From the human T2T-CHM13v2.0 reference genome, Homo sapiens: a stretch of DNA of 64,000 nucleotides. Shown here one piece after another: positions 35,641-47,723 of this stretch (its first letter is position 1; every line of letters starts with the position of its first letter). The notes below the pieces were generated by a model. That model was not told the DNA's origin and searched no databases. It was given only the letters and a program-made list of their open reading frames with translations. The DNA is taken from assembly GCF_009914755.1 (NCBI RefSeq), contig NC_060926.1. The stretch is one strand, 5' to 3'. A program made the translations under genes and the position numbers.

Positions 35641-38600
35641 TGTAAGCGAGTGAGTGCATGTGAGTCTGTGAGTGTGCGTGTGATGTGTGTGTGTGAGTGC
35701 ATGTGAGTCTGAGTGTGATGTGTGTGAGCAAGTATGAGTGCATGAGTCTGTGTGATTTGTGTGAACAAATGTGTGAGTGTATGTATGTGTGGGTGTAAGC
35801 AAGTTTGTGAGCACGTGTGTGATGAGTGTGAGTGCATGAGTGTGTGACATTTGTGAGTGTAAGCAAATTTTTGAGTGCATGTGAGTCTCTGAGCAAGTGT
35901 GTGAGTGCGTGTGTGTGATATTTGTGAGAGTGAGCGTGAGGGTGCGTGTGAGGTGAGTGTGAATATATGTGAGCTGTGTGTGATAAGTGTGAGTGCATGT
36001 GAGTGTGCATGGCATGTGTGAACAAATGTGTGAGTATATGTGAATCTGAGTGGGTGTGATTGTGTGTAAGCGAATGTGAGTGCATGTGAGTCTGAGTGTG
36101 CATGTGGTGTGTGAGGAAGTTTGTGAATGCATGTGTGTGATGCATGTGTGTGAGTGCATGAGTATGTGACTGTGCAGGTGATGTGTGAGCATGAGTGCAT
36201 GTGTCTGTGCATGTGATGAGTGTGTGAGTGCATGTGTCTGAGTGTGCATGTGATGCATGTGAGTGCATGGGAGTCTGTGTGTGTGATTTTTGTGAGTGTA
36301 AGCAAATTTGTGAGTGCATGTGTCTGTGTGATGTGTGAGCGAGAGCATGTGTGAATGCATGTGGCTTGTACGTGTAAGCAAGCATGAGTACGAGTCTGAG
36401 TGTGCATATGATGTGTGTAAGCAAGTTTTTGAGTGCATGTGTCTGTGTGATGTGACCGAGTGTGAGTGCGAGTCTGTGTGATGTGTGTAAGCGCATGAGT
36501 CTGCATGTGATGTGCAAGTGTGAGTGCATGTGAGTCCGAGTGTGTGTGATGTGAGTGTAAGCAAGTTTCTCAGTGCATGTGTCTGAGTGTGCATGTGATG
36601 TGAGGGTAAGCGAGTGTGAGTGCATGAGTCTGAGTGTGTGTGATGTGTTTGGGTGTGACTGAGTGCATGCATGTCTGAATGTGCATGTGATGTCTGAGTG
36701 CGTTTCTGAGTGTGCAAGTAATCTATGTGTGTGAGTGCATGTGATGTGTGTGTGAGTGCATGTGAGTCTGAGGGTGTGTGTGAGTGTAAACAAGTGAGTA
36801 TGTGCATCTGAGTGTGCATGTGATATGTGTGAGCAAGCATGTGAGTGCATGTGAGTCTGTCAATGTGATCTGTGTGTGTGAGTACATGTGGGTCTGTGAT
36901 GTGTGTGAGCTAGCGAGTGCATGTGTCTGAGTGTGGGTGTGATGTATAAGTAAGTTTGTGAGCACATGTGAGTCAGTGTGTGTGATGTGTATGAGTGGGT
37001 GAGTGCATGTCAGTGTGCATGTGATGTGTGTGTATAACTGAGTGCATGTGCATCTGAGTGTGTGTGTGTGTGCATGTGATATATGTAAGCGAGTGTGAGT
37101 GCATGTGGGTGTGCATGTGATGTGTCTGTGAGTGCATGAGTCTGTGGTGTGTGAGTGTAAGCGACAGTGAGTGCATGTGTCTGTGCATGCAGTGTGTGTG
37201 TGAGTGCATGAGTCTGTATGTGCATGTGATGTGTGTGTGAGTGCATGCCTGCGTGTGATGTGTTTTAGTGAGTGTGTGAGTGCATGTGAGTCTGTGCATG
37301 TAATGTGCATGAGTAATTCTGTGACTGCACATGAGTCTGTGACTGCATGTGATATGTGTGAGCAAGTGTGAATTGTGTGTGTGGCATGTGTGTAAGTGAG
37401 CATGAGTGCACGAGTCTGCAGGTGATGTGAGTGTAAGCACGTTTGAGTACATGAGTCAGTGTGCATGTGATGTGTGTGAGCAAGTGCATGTGAGTCTCAG
37501 TGTGTTTGATGTAAGCAAATGTTTCAGTGTGTGTGTGAGCAAGTGTGTGCATGCATGAGTGTTCGTGTATATGTGATGTGTATGTAAGTGACTGCATGTA
37601 CGTCTGAGTGTGCATGTGTTGTGTGAGTTTAAATGAGTGCATGTGAGTCTGAGTGTGATGTTTGTAAGTGTAAGCAAGTTTCTGAGTGCATGTTCGTGAA
37701 CGTGAGTGGTTTGTGAATGTAAGCAAGTGTATGAGTGCATGAGTGAATGTGCATGTGATGTGTCAGTGATTGTGAATGCATGAGTCTGTGAGTGTGCATG
37801 TGATATGTGAGTGTAATTGTGTGAGCACGTGTGTGCCTGTGATTTGTGTGAATGAGTGTGTGTGCACGTGAGTCTGCATGTGCCTGTGATGTGCAAGTGT
37901 GTGGGAGCCCATGTGAGTCTGAGTGTGCATGTGATGTGCAAGTGTCAGTGAGTGCCTGTGAGTCTGAGTGTGCATGCAATGTTTGTGTGTAAGCTAGTTT
38001 GTGAGTGCATGTGAGTCTGTGTGCATGTGATGTGTTTGTGTGAGTTCCTGAGTGTGCATGTGATGTTTGTAAGTGTAAGCAAGTGTGTGAAGACACGAGT
38101 CTGAGTGTGCATGTGATGTGTGTGGGCCAGTGTGAGTGCATGTGAGTCTGAGTGTGCATATGATGTGAGTGTAATTGTGTGCATGTGTGTTTGAGTGTGC
38201 ATGTGATATGTGAACAAGTGAGTGAATGTGAGTCTTTGCATGTGCATGTGATATGCAAGTGTGTGAGTGCATGAGTCTGTGCATATGATGTGCGAATGTC
38301 AGTGTGTGCTTGTAAGTCTGTGCATGTGATGTTTGTGTGTGTGAGTGCATGAGTCTAAGTGTGCATGTGATGTGTGAGCGAATGCACGAGTGTGAGTCTG
38401 TGAGTGTATGATTCTGAGTGCATGTGATGTGTGTGAATGCATGTCTGTGTGTGATGTGTGCACAAGTATGTGAGTGCATGCAAATGTGTGTGATGTGTGT
38501 GAGTGTGAGTGAACATGCTTGTGTGATATGAGTGCATGAAAGTTTGTGAGAGTGATGGGTGTATGTGTACATATGAGTGTGTGTGTGCATATGTGCATTT

Positions 38601-38835
38601 ATGTGTGCAGATATGTATGCATGTATATGGGTGTCAAAGGGTCTGCGTGAGCAAGTGTGCGTGAAAATCAGTGAGAATTTTTGTGTAAGAGCCTACGTAC
38701 ATGAGTGTGAGTATGGGTGCCTGTGTGCACGTGTGAGAGTATGAACAGATGTGTTAGCATGTGTGTGTCTTTGTGAGAGTCTGTGTGTGTGTATGTCTGT
38801 GTGCATGTGTACATGTGTGTATGCACACACACATG
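35641..38835 (+). repeat. ~3.2 kb modular GT-rich tandem array
   Basis: Recurring modules GAGTGCATGT, GAGTCTGAGT, GTGCATGTGATGTGTG and GTAAGCAAGT; approximate full unit ~55 bp with variable deletions. Confidence 0.95.
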
Positions 38836-39289
38836 CTTCCTTCTGTTTCCTCTACCTTCTCCCAAACTGCTTTCTCAGGGAGAGGCTTTGAAACAAGACT
38901 GTTTCACCCGGCTCCCAATTTCCATCAGTTCTACAGAATCAGTGGTCACCTTGGCCCTGCTCCCCTCCCCACCCTCAGCCCTGCCTCCTCTGCCAGGCTG
39001 GTCCGAGTGGGTTGTGAGACTCCACAAAACCGTCTTTTTTTTCAGGGGACCACACCTACTTGTTTGTCAGGGGTTATTCCTTGTTAATTCCGGAGATGTT
39101 TATAAAAGTCTCAAGTTCTATTTTCCAGTTGGGTGAAGCTGTCATTTCTGCCTTGGTCAGGAGGACTAATGATTTCATTGCCTGGGAGGTTATGTGTCTC
39201 ATCTACCATGGTAAGGCAGAGAGATGGACACACAAAATGAAGAACAGAGGGCAAGAAGAAACCCTACACCCTAAACTAGGAAAAGGTGT

Positions 39290-39490
39290 TTAGTGAAGGC
39301 ATTACTGAATGCTTCCAAGTGTTCTGTCATTGAGTCCTCCAAGAAGCCCACTGCTTAGGTATTCTTTTACAGGCGGAGGAAGCTGCCTCCACCCCTGTCC
39401 CCACCCCTAGAAGTCAGGAACTCGACCTCACACAGCTGGGGAACAGTGCAGCCAGGATTCTAAACTCCCCCTGTCAGATTCTAGTACATT
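39290..39490 (-). mobile_element. MIR fragment
   Basis: ttttacaggcggaggaagctg...tcacacagctggggaacagtgcagccaggattctaaactc. Confidence 0.6.
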
Positions 39491-39806
39491 CTCTTTCCCT
39501 AATACCAAGTGGTTTCAAATATATTTAAAGTATTAAGAAAATATATAGCTTTATCTTTTTCATAAATTTTACAGGAAAAACTACCTTTAGCACTAAAGCA
39601 TGACCCAAAGCTTATCTGGTGAAATAGCCTTGGGCTATGGAAGCAGTTATGGGAAGGTCGATCTGAAATCCTCATTTTGCCTGCCCTCACTGTTGCTCAG
39701 CCCCTTATTATAGAACAGATCCAACGAAACTCTGCAATATCATAACTAGAGTTTATTTGTCCAAAGCCTTGTGATCTGTCCACCATTGGGGACAATGTCT
39801 TTAAAT

Positions 39807-39997
39807 CAGTGGTTCTCAACTAGAAGCAATTTTGTCCTCCAAGGGACATTTAGCAATTTTTGGAGACATTTTAGGTTGTCCCAGTTGGAGGTGGAGGGTG
39901 CTACTGGTATCTAGAGGGTAGAGGCCAGGGATGCTGCTGAGTGTGCAGGACAGACCCTGCCACAAAGAATTATCTGGCTCAAAATATCACTAGGGCA
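39807..39997. mobile_element. MER20 (hAT-Charlie)
   Basis: cagtggttctcaac...ggagacatttttaggttgtc...tgctactggtatctagagggtagaggccagggatgctgct. Confidence 0.9.
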
Positions 39998-40074
39998 GTT
40001 CCTTTCTTTGTCTGTTGGTTGGCTGGCATGAGGAACCCAAAATGACGGGAGTCTCAACTTGGGTGGAACTCTTA

Positions 40075-40104
40075 CACTGCCCTCTAGTGGAAGCAGAACC
40101 TCCA
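40075..40104 (-). promoter_or_regulatory. CTCF binding motif (core plus possible upstream motif)
   Basis: Minus strand reads TGGAGGTTCTGCTT-CCACTAGAGGGCAG-TG; near-consensus core. Confidence 0.8.
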
Positions 40105-40369
40105 GTCCAGTAGAGAGTGACGTTGCAACTCTACAGGAAACGCAAATTCCCTGAGTGGTGGCGAGAAGGACAAAGGCCAAGGACATGGAATGGGATTTCA
40201 GCTGTAGGCTTGGCCCATATGGGGCTGCCAGGGAGGCAGAGCCTGTGTGTGCCATCTTTTTCCTCCCAAGAACCCGACTGACACTAAGCCAAACTTCTCA
40301 CAGAGCTGTTCCCAAGGCACAGAGCACCAGAATACATTTCTGTTAAACAGCAGGAAGAGGCCAGATCTG

Positions 40370-40810
40370 GGATTCCAAATCCTTGATCTAAGGGTTGCCA
40401 TCCCACTATGGAAGTTTTCCAAAGTGGGTTTACCAATCTACATTCTCATGAGCAGTGGATGAAAGTTACACTTGGTCTACATCCTTGTCAACATTTAGTA
40501 TTGTCTATTTTGTTTTTTAAATTTTATTCATTCTGAGGGATGTACAGTGTAACATCACAATGATTTTCATTCGCACCACTCTAACAGCTAATAAATTGGA
40601 GCATCTTTTCAAATGTTTATTGCCATTGGACACTCTCTTTTGTAAAATCTCTTGCCCATTTTACCTTTGGATTGGTTTCTAGCATTTTATTATTATTGAT
40701 TCTTCAGAGCTCTACATAAGTTCTTGATCATTTTTTTTGTCAGATATATGGAATGCAAATATCCTTTCCCATCCTGTGGGTTGTTTTTTTACTCTTCATA
40801 TGTCGTTCAT
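40370..40810 (-). mobile_element. Old L1ME/MC fragment
   Basis: ggagcatcttttcaaatgtttattgccattgg...gcaaatatccttttcccatcctgtgggttg. Confidence 0.7.
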
Positions 40811-42242
40811 CTTAATGCTTATATGCTGGAGTTTCTTTTCATTGCATTTTTGATTTATCTCCATTGATTCTTGAATTTGATATCTTCCTTTTCCCTAGCT
40901 TCCTCTTTTTTTTTTTTTTTTGCAGGAATTTTTGCTAATCACATTTTCCTCTCCTCATGATTTACATATAGAAGACAATATTCTGATTTTTTGACTGTTA
41001 ACAGGTCTTTATTTTGCCTTCCTCCTTTATTGGTAGTTTAGTTGGGTATGTAATACTTTAAGAATTCTCTTTTTTTTTCAGATTGCATCAGTGCAACAGT
41101 CATGAAGAAAGAATATTATCTCCTCAAATCTCTTTTAGAATATACAGTTCAAATTTCTTAACCTTGATTTCTTTTCTGTAAGTTTTCTTTTGTTTCTTGA
41201 AAGAGCTCTGTTTCACACAGGTTCAAATTTCCCGAATGGGTTGTTTGCCATCGTTCCATTTGCCAAAACTGATGAGTTTTCAATGCTTCTTTTAGCCTTA
41301 CAAAGGGAAATTCATCTCAGGTAAAAGAATAAGCAGCTTCAAAAATTCTTGACCTCTCTTTTTGGTATATTTAATGCAATTTGATGTGCAAGGTGGGAAC
41401 TGCAATTAGTCAGCAGGAGCAAGGACTTGGAAGTCTTGTGCCAGAGCAGTTTCCTCTCTGGTTGCCATTGGCCCTGGACTTCTGTAGCCAGCTAGGGTGA
41501 TGAGCCTTTATCTCCCATTGCCAGCTGACCTGGTTGGGGCCGACTTCAGCCGCAGCTGACACAACAGATTTGCTGTGCTCCACTTGAGGCACCCTCCCCA
41601 CCTTTCTCTACAGGTGGTTATTGTAGCCTGAGGTTGCCTCAGGCCTGGGGCTGCAGTTGAACAGAAATTTGTCCCCATTAACTGAACCACAGTAATCTGC
41701 AGCACCCCTAGAGAGTGTAAATGAGCAAGAAAATTAAGTGGAAACTCAGTGATAGAAATCATCTGTAGTTTTAAGTATATGCCAAACAGTAAATTCAGAG
41801 ATTAGGGACTAAATGCAATTAAAATCCAACTTGACATCTAGACTTTTGCTCATTGCTTCATCTTATGATAAAACCCATAGCCAGTTGGAGCTTCTCCCTT
41901 ATTAGCTCATTCTCAAATTGTCTGTACTTCATATTTTACTCAAGTGATCCAACAGCCCTGGCTTAATTGTTCATGACACTGAAGCTGACCTTCAGCTGGG
42001 AGAACTAATTGACCAGCTCCTAATTCAGCTGTAGGAACTCACAGACAAATCTCTGAAAATGTCTTGATTGCACACTCTTGTGAGATTCTAGACTAACTTT
42101 CCTAAGTGTGCCTATAAATGCTAGCTTAAGTTCTTTTTTAATCAAGACAGCATGTCAAAGATTTATATAATTAGCTCAGTTTGACCTTTCTCTAGTTAAT
42201 CCTGTTGACTTTAGATGACTTTTAGTTCTAAGGCTCACCACT

Positions 42243-42351
42243 AAAATGTAGTCCCTCCAAGCTAAGTTTACCCCGAGAAAAATGTAGTCCCTCCAAGCTA
42301 AGTTTACCCCGAGAAAAATGTAGTCTCTTCAAGCTAAGTTTACTCCCGAGA
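42243..42351 (+). repeat. 36-bp minisatellite, 3 copies
   Basis: aaaatgtagtccctccaagctaagtttaccccgaga; copies 1 and 2 identical, copy 3 diverged. Confidence 0.95.
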
Positions 42352-43804
42352 TTTTAAAATAAACTCCATTTTGTTAGTTTTTAAGGAAGGGACCAACCCA
42401 CATGACCTGAGGAAGGACAAAGTATTGTTAACATATCAATTTTCTCAAAGTGATTAACAAAAGCAGATTCCCAGTGAAAAAAAATTGAAACTACAAAATC
42501 ATGTCAGTATTTATCTTTAGGAAAGAAAAGATAAAAATAGTCAAGAAAGTGATATTTTATCAAATTATAATGAGGGGATATTGGCATTGTCAAATACTGA
42601 ACTAAATATATCAAAGGTATACTGATTAAAATATAGTGATACTGATGCAAAAAAAAACAAGAGAAAATGAAGAGAAAAATCTAAAATCAAGTACACATAT
42701 GTATTTAGGACAAGACAGAAATAATAGTTTAAATTAGTGGAGAAAAGAAATACTATTCAATAAAGGGTGCTTGGTAAATTGTTAAATAACATAGCCATAG
42801 CAAATAAATTTGACAAGGATTTAAAATAGTAATTAATTTGGTGAAGGTACCAAGAATGAAGACTCAAAAAAGACCATCTTTCTGAAGGGTGTTGATATCC
42901 TAAACAAGTAAATATTTATTAATACTATAATTACAACTATAAGACTCCATCTAAATAGAGATGTGAAAATATCTACAAACCAGAAACAGTCATTTTAGAA
43001 TGTTATCTGTAGTAGGAAAAGATTTCTAACAATTTAAATGTTCAGCAATAGAAGTTTGAGTAAGTCGTCAATCCGTAAAATGGAACAATATGCAGCCATT
43101 AAAGTCACGTTTTAGATTAATGACGTGGGAATACGTTTTCAATAAAGTATTGCTATGGATGTCTCCAGGGGAAACAGTACAGGGGATTTTAATTTTCTTC
43201 TTTGTGCTTTTCTGTGTTTTTGAACCATTATGCAGTCAATATTGTTTGTTCCAATGACATTTTTGAGGAAGAAAAAGAACCATGTGTATAGACAGATAGA
43301 ACGTTAATTGATTGATGCAAAACAAAACAAGTGAAGAAAGTTCTGAAAAAAAAAGGAGATAGTTAATTCTTTTTACAGGTGGAGATAATTTGGAATTTGT
43401 GATTTTTATACAAAGTTAAAAACGAAGGAACAAATAAGCACATTATTCGTTAAGCAGGTAAAAGATCTTGGCAGTCAGAAAAACCGACTGACCACTATAG
43501 TGCTGCCCACCGGGGCCCTGGGAGGGCACAGGACTTCCTTAAATGCCCGTCCAAAATATGCCTTAAAAACCTGTCGCCTCTTCAAGATAGACATGGAGAG
43601 AAAGGAAAACAGCCAATTACTGTAGACCATAGCCTTGTGAGGAGTGATGTCTTTGATGGTTTTCGATGTTAAAATGTCTTTAATACATAATTTATTGAAA
43701 AAAATAGTATCTTGTAAAAGGGAGGGGAAGAAGTAAAGCTAAACACAGTATTTGGTTGTGGCAGCAATTAATTGCTTCTATCACTTTTTGTTTTCTTTTT
43801 TGGC

Positions 43805-44905
43805 TTTTTATTTTGAAATAATTTTAGACTTACAATTACAAAAATAGTTCAAAAATTGTATTATACTCTTCTGCCAGCTTCCCCAAATGTTAATACCAAG
43901 ATAACCAATAGTTCAATTATTAACATGAGATTAACGCTGATAAAACACTGTTAACTAATCTGTAGGCCTCATTCCGATTTCATCAGTGTCCTTCCTGTGG
44001 CCTTTTGCTGGTCCCAGATCCAATCCAGAAGCCCACGTTTAGTTGTCAGATCTCCCTGGTCCTCTAATCTGGGACAGTTCTCAGTCTTTGCCTTTTATAA
44101 TCTTCACACCAATGATGAAAGCCCATCTGTTATTTTGCGGATATTTTCTTTGTGACGCTGAAATTATGCATTTTTGCCAAGGGTACCCCAGGAGCAACGC
44201 TGTGCCCTTCTCAGTGCATTGTGCTTGGTGGGTACGTGAGGTCAATATGTCTTATTACCAGTAATGGTAACTCGATTTGGTTCAAGTGGTGTCCGCTAGG
44301 TTTCTCCACTGTAAAGTTTCTGTTCTTCCCTTTGTAATCAGTAAGTATCTGGTTGGGGGATACTTAGAGGCTGTATAAATACTCTGTTCTTCATCAATCT
44401 TTCACTCACTAATTTTAGCATCCATCAAACGACCTTTGCCTGCAATAATGAGTACTACGGTGTTTGCCGAGTAATGATTTTTCTATTTCCATCATTCTTT
44501 CTACTGGAATTCTACTGGAAGTTAGAGCTGAACTTCCCCTCCTGTTTATTTATTCAGTTATTCTTCGTATCCATGTGGACTCAGGGGTGTTTTCTAGATT
44601 CTAGGAACTGTCATGTGTTGCCATCATTATACATTTTGTTGCTCTGCGTATCCCAGGCTCAGTCACTGGGGGAGCCTTCCGGTTGGCCCCTGTTCTGGCA
44701 TGGCCCTGTCATTTTTGGATCCCTTTCTTACTCTCTAGCACCACAAAATATTCCTGGCTAATCTTGCTCATTCCCAGTGTCAGCCCTGGTGTCAGCCATT
44801 TCTCCCAGGAGCCCTGGTTCCTTTAACTGGAGATCGTTATTTAGAGTCCAAGGCCTGGGCACTAGGTGCATTCACTGCTGCCAGGGCGTCACTGCTACTC
44901 GGCCC
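43805..44905 (-). mobile_element. L1MC-type 3'UTR
   Basis: ttttattttgaaataattttagacttac...ggtttctccactgtaaagtt...cagccatttctcccaggagccctggttcctt. Confidence 0.8.
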
Positions 44906-45976
44906 TCCCCTTTGTCCCTGAGGTCCATTTGTCACTGTGTGTTCTGCCTTGGACCCCTCAACATTCTGCCTGTGTGGGAAAGGCGAGACACTCTCCAGTC
45001 CCTTTACCGAAGCTGCATTTTACCTCTGTCCACTGTAGTCAGAGTCCAGTAGTGCCACCCCTCCTGCCCCTCTTCCCCACTTTCTTGCGTTCCTGCCACT
45101 CTAGGTCCAGAGTACAAAGTACACTTGACAAATCTCATGCAGCTCATGGGAGCTGAGTGGGGCCTGGTCCCAGTGACAGGCTGCCCCCAGGCTGGGGTTG
45201 CCCGTCGACCGCAGGCCGTGGCCTGAGAGCCCAGCAGACGGCCACCTGCCCCTGTGCCTGCGGCTCAGTGCCAGCCTCAGACACAGCTCTAAGGAAGGGA
45301 AAGGATTCGTCATGCTGAGGGAAAGCTGTCCTAATCCATAGGATTTAGGATGGCTCAACTATCAGTGGACCTTAGGTTTTTTGTTTCTTTGATTTGCTTC
45401 AGTTCACCTGATTAAACAACTATAAACCTTGGGCTTGGGAAGGAGATTTCCTGTTGAAATATGTGGATGGATAGTACCATCACACCGTACATCTTGTTGT
45501 GTGGAATTGTTTTAAAATAGCAGCTTGTTTTTTCTTTTCTCCCCGCTGTGCTTAGGTGAGATTGCCCAAAGCTAGTGAGGGTATATACAATAGGCACCTT
45601 CATACATTGTTGGAGGGAAAAGAAATCTCTTCAACTTTTTTGGAAATACATTTTGCAGCACGTTTTATGAGATTAAAAATGTTCATATGCTTTCACTCAT
45701 TAATTTCTTCTCTTGGAATCTATTCTGAAAACTAAACAAAAAATATGAAAAAATAGGCAAAGATTTATTTTGCCATTTTTATAATAATCAACTTGAGTAG
45801 AAAAACCCTGAAATAGTCAATCATAGGAAAGGTGAAAAATTATTACAAATGCACTTGATAGAATATTATAGAGTCATTAAACAATTTTCCCAATAAATAA
45901 TATTAGCAACATGGAAAAGCACTTATGATATATTAAATTTAAAAAGGAAGATACTAGGTTAGTTGTACATTTGGAC

Positions 45977-45978
<2 letters not shown>

Positions 45979-46012
<34 letters not shown>
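45979..46012 (+). repeat. (CA)17 microsatellite
   Basis: Perfect CA run. Confidence 0.95.
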
Positions 46013-46015
<3 letters not shown>

Positions 46016-46329
46016 ATTTATGAATACATAAAAGACCAAGGGGGAAAGAACTAAAGTATAAATAGTAGTTATGTTATGGTGTTTTGTGTATTTTTCTTTT
46101 CCTTCTACATTTTGTATCTTGTAAATCTTCTTGAAGGAGCCCAAACTACTTTGATAACAGAGTGAATAAAATAAGGTTTTTCATTTCTTGTAAGAATAGA
46201 TGTCTTAGGGGTATTAAAGATTAGATTTAATATTTACTTTTAAAATAATTGTTCTCAGCCAAAATGCCATCTGGCTAGCAGAATTATCTGGAACACCTTT
46301 CCAAAATACACATCTGCATATCCAGCCCC

Positions 46330-46712
46330 CATGCACACCCAATACACATGCACGTGCACATGCACATACACACACATGCACGTGCACATGCACACACACA
46401 CACATGCACGTGCACATGCACACATGCACACACACGTACACCTATGCACACATGCAACCCATATGCACACATGCACACATGCACATATATGAACACATGC
46501 ACACGTGCAAACATGCACACACACACGTATGCACACACAAACATGCACCGACGCACACATGATCCCACACACATGCACACATACGCACACACATGCACAT
46601 ATGCATGCACATGCACACGCACACACATGCACGCATATGCACACACATGCTCACATATGCACACACACGCACATGCACACACACACACAAAGGCACATGC
46701 ACGTGCACACAC
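46330..46712 (+). repeat. CACATG/CACGTG-rich alternating purine-pyrimidine array
   Basis: Repeated cacatg, tgcacacac and gcacgtgcac. Confidence 0.95.
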
Positions 46713-47428
46713 TCAGTCACTGGGACTAAGACCCACAGTGCTTGTTCCTCGCTGCAAGGTTGTATCACCAAGGAGTTGGGGAACTCAGCTGAGAGGGTGA
46801 CCTTCCTCCCAGGGTGGGGGGACACAGAGACAGACCAGGGCTTATGCAGGCCTTTACTAATAATCCTACCACATTTGTTTAAAAAATATAAAGGAATATT
46901 TGGAAACAAAAGAAAAGAAAGAAGTTACTTAGAGTCCTACCTGTCTAGAGGGACCAGTTTGCATTTTTGTGTATTTTATAGGAGTGTTTTTGAAAAAAAT
47001 ATATCCTAGCCCTTAAAACAAACCCCCTCCCCATTCCTTCCTGTGCTTGTGAGGAATGAGGCATGGTGCTTTGGTCATGGCCCCATGCGCTGCTGGGGCT
47101 GGGTCCAGTCCTGACATTTTTTAGGTGTCTGAATTTGGACACATTCCTTAGCCTTTTTCAGGTTACTTGTCACTATTTTTTTGGAACAAAATATGATGAT
47201 AATAGTTTCTATAGACCTCATAATATTGTAGTGAGGTTGAAAACAGATACCCATATAAGACACTTAGAATAATGTCTGGCCCATGGTGAACACTCAATAC
47301 CTTTTATTATTAACATCATCCCTTTCATTATTATTACTAAACAAATGGCTGTACTCCTAGTAGAGGTCACAAATGGTGGTCCTGGGTTAGGTTCGCAGAT
47401 ATGTTTTGGTTGGCTCTCACCGTGTTTT

Positions 47429-47723
47429 GTTTTGTTTTGTTTTTTGAGTCTCGCTCTGTCGCCCAGGCTGCAGTGCAATGGTGCGATCTCGGCGCACTGC
47501 AACCTCGGCCTCCTGGATTCAAGTGATTCTCCTGCCTCAGCCTCCTGAGTAGCTAGGATTACAGGTGTGCACCACCATGCTCAGCTAATTTTTTTGTATT
47601 TTTACTAGAGACAGGGTTCCATCATGTTGGTCAGGCTGGTCTTGAACTCCTGGCCTCAGGTAATCCACTGGCCTCGGCCTCCCAAAGTGTTGGGATTACA
47701 GGTGTGAGCCACCACGCCTGGGC
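47429..47723 (-). mobile_element. AluS element
   Basis: Antisense Alu with (GTTTT)n tail; TSD ctctcaccgtgtttt (47414-47428) / ctctcaccatgtttt (47724-47738). Confidence 0.95.

Noticed and set aside
35517-38865. His/Thr-rich long ORFs as protein-coding genes
   Set aside because: A result of stop-codon depletion in a CA-rich low-complexity strand
42243-42351. CRISPR-like array (36-bp repeats)
   Set aside because: Repeats are directly adjacent with no spacers, and the DNA is mammalian
46214-47009. Cys/Val- and His/Thr-rich ORFs
   Set aside because: Translations of the CA/TG simple repeat
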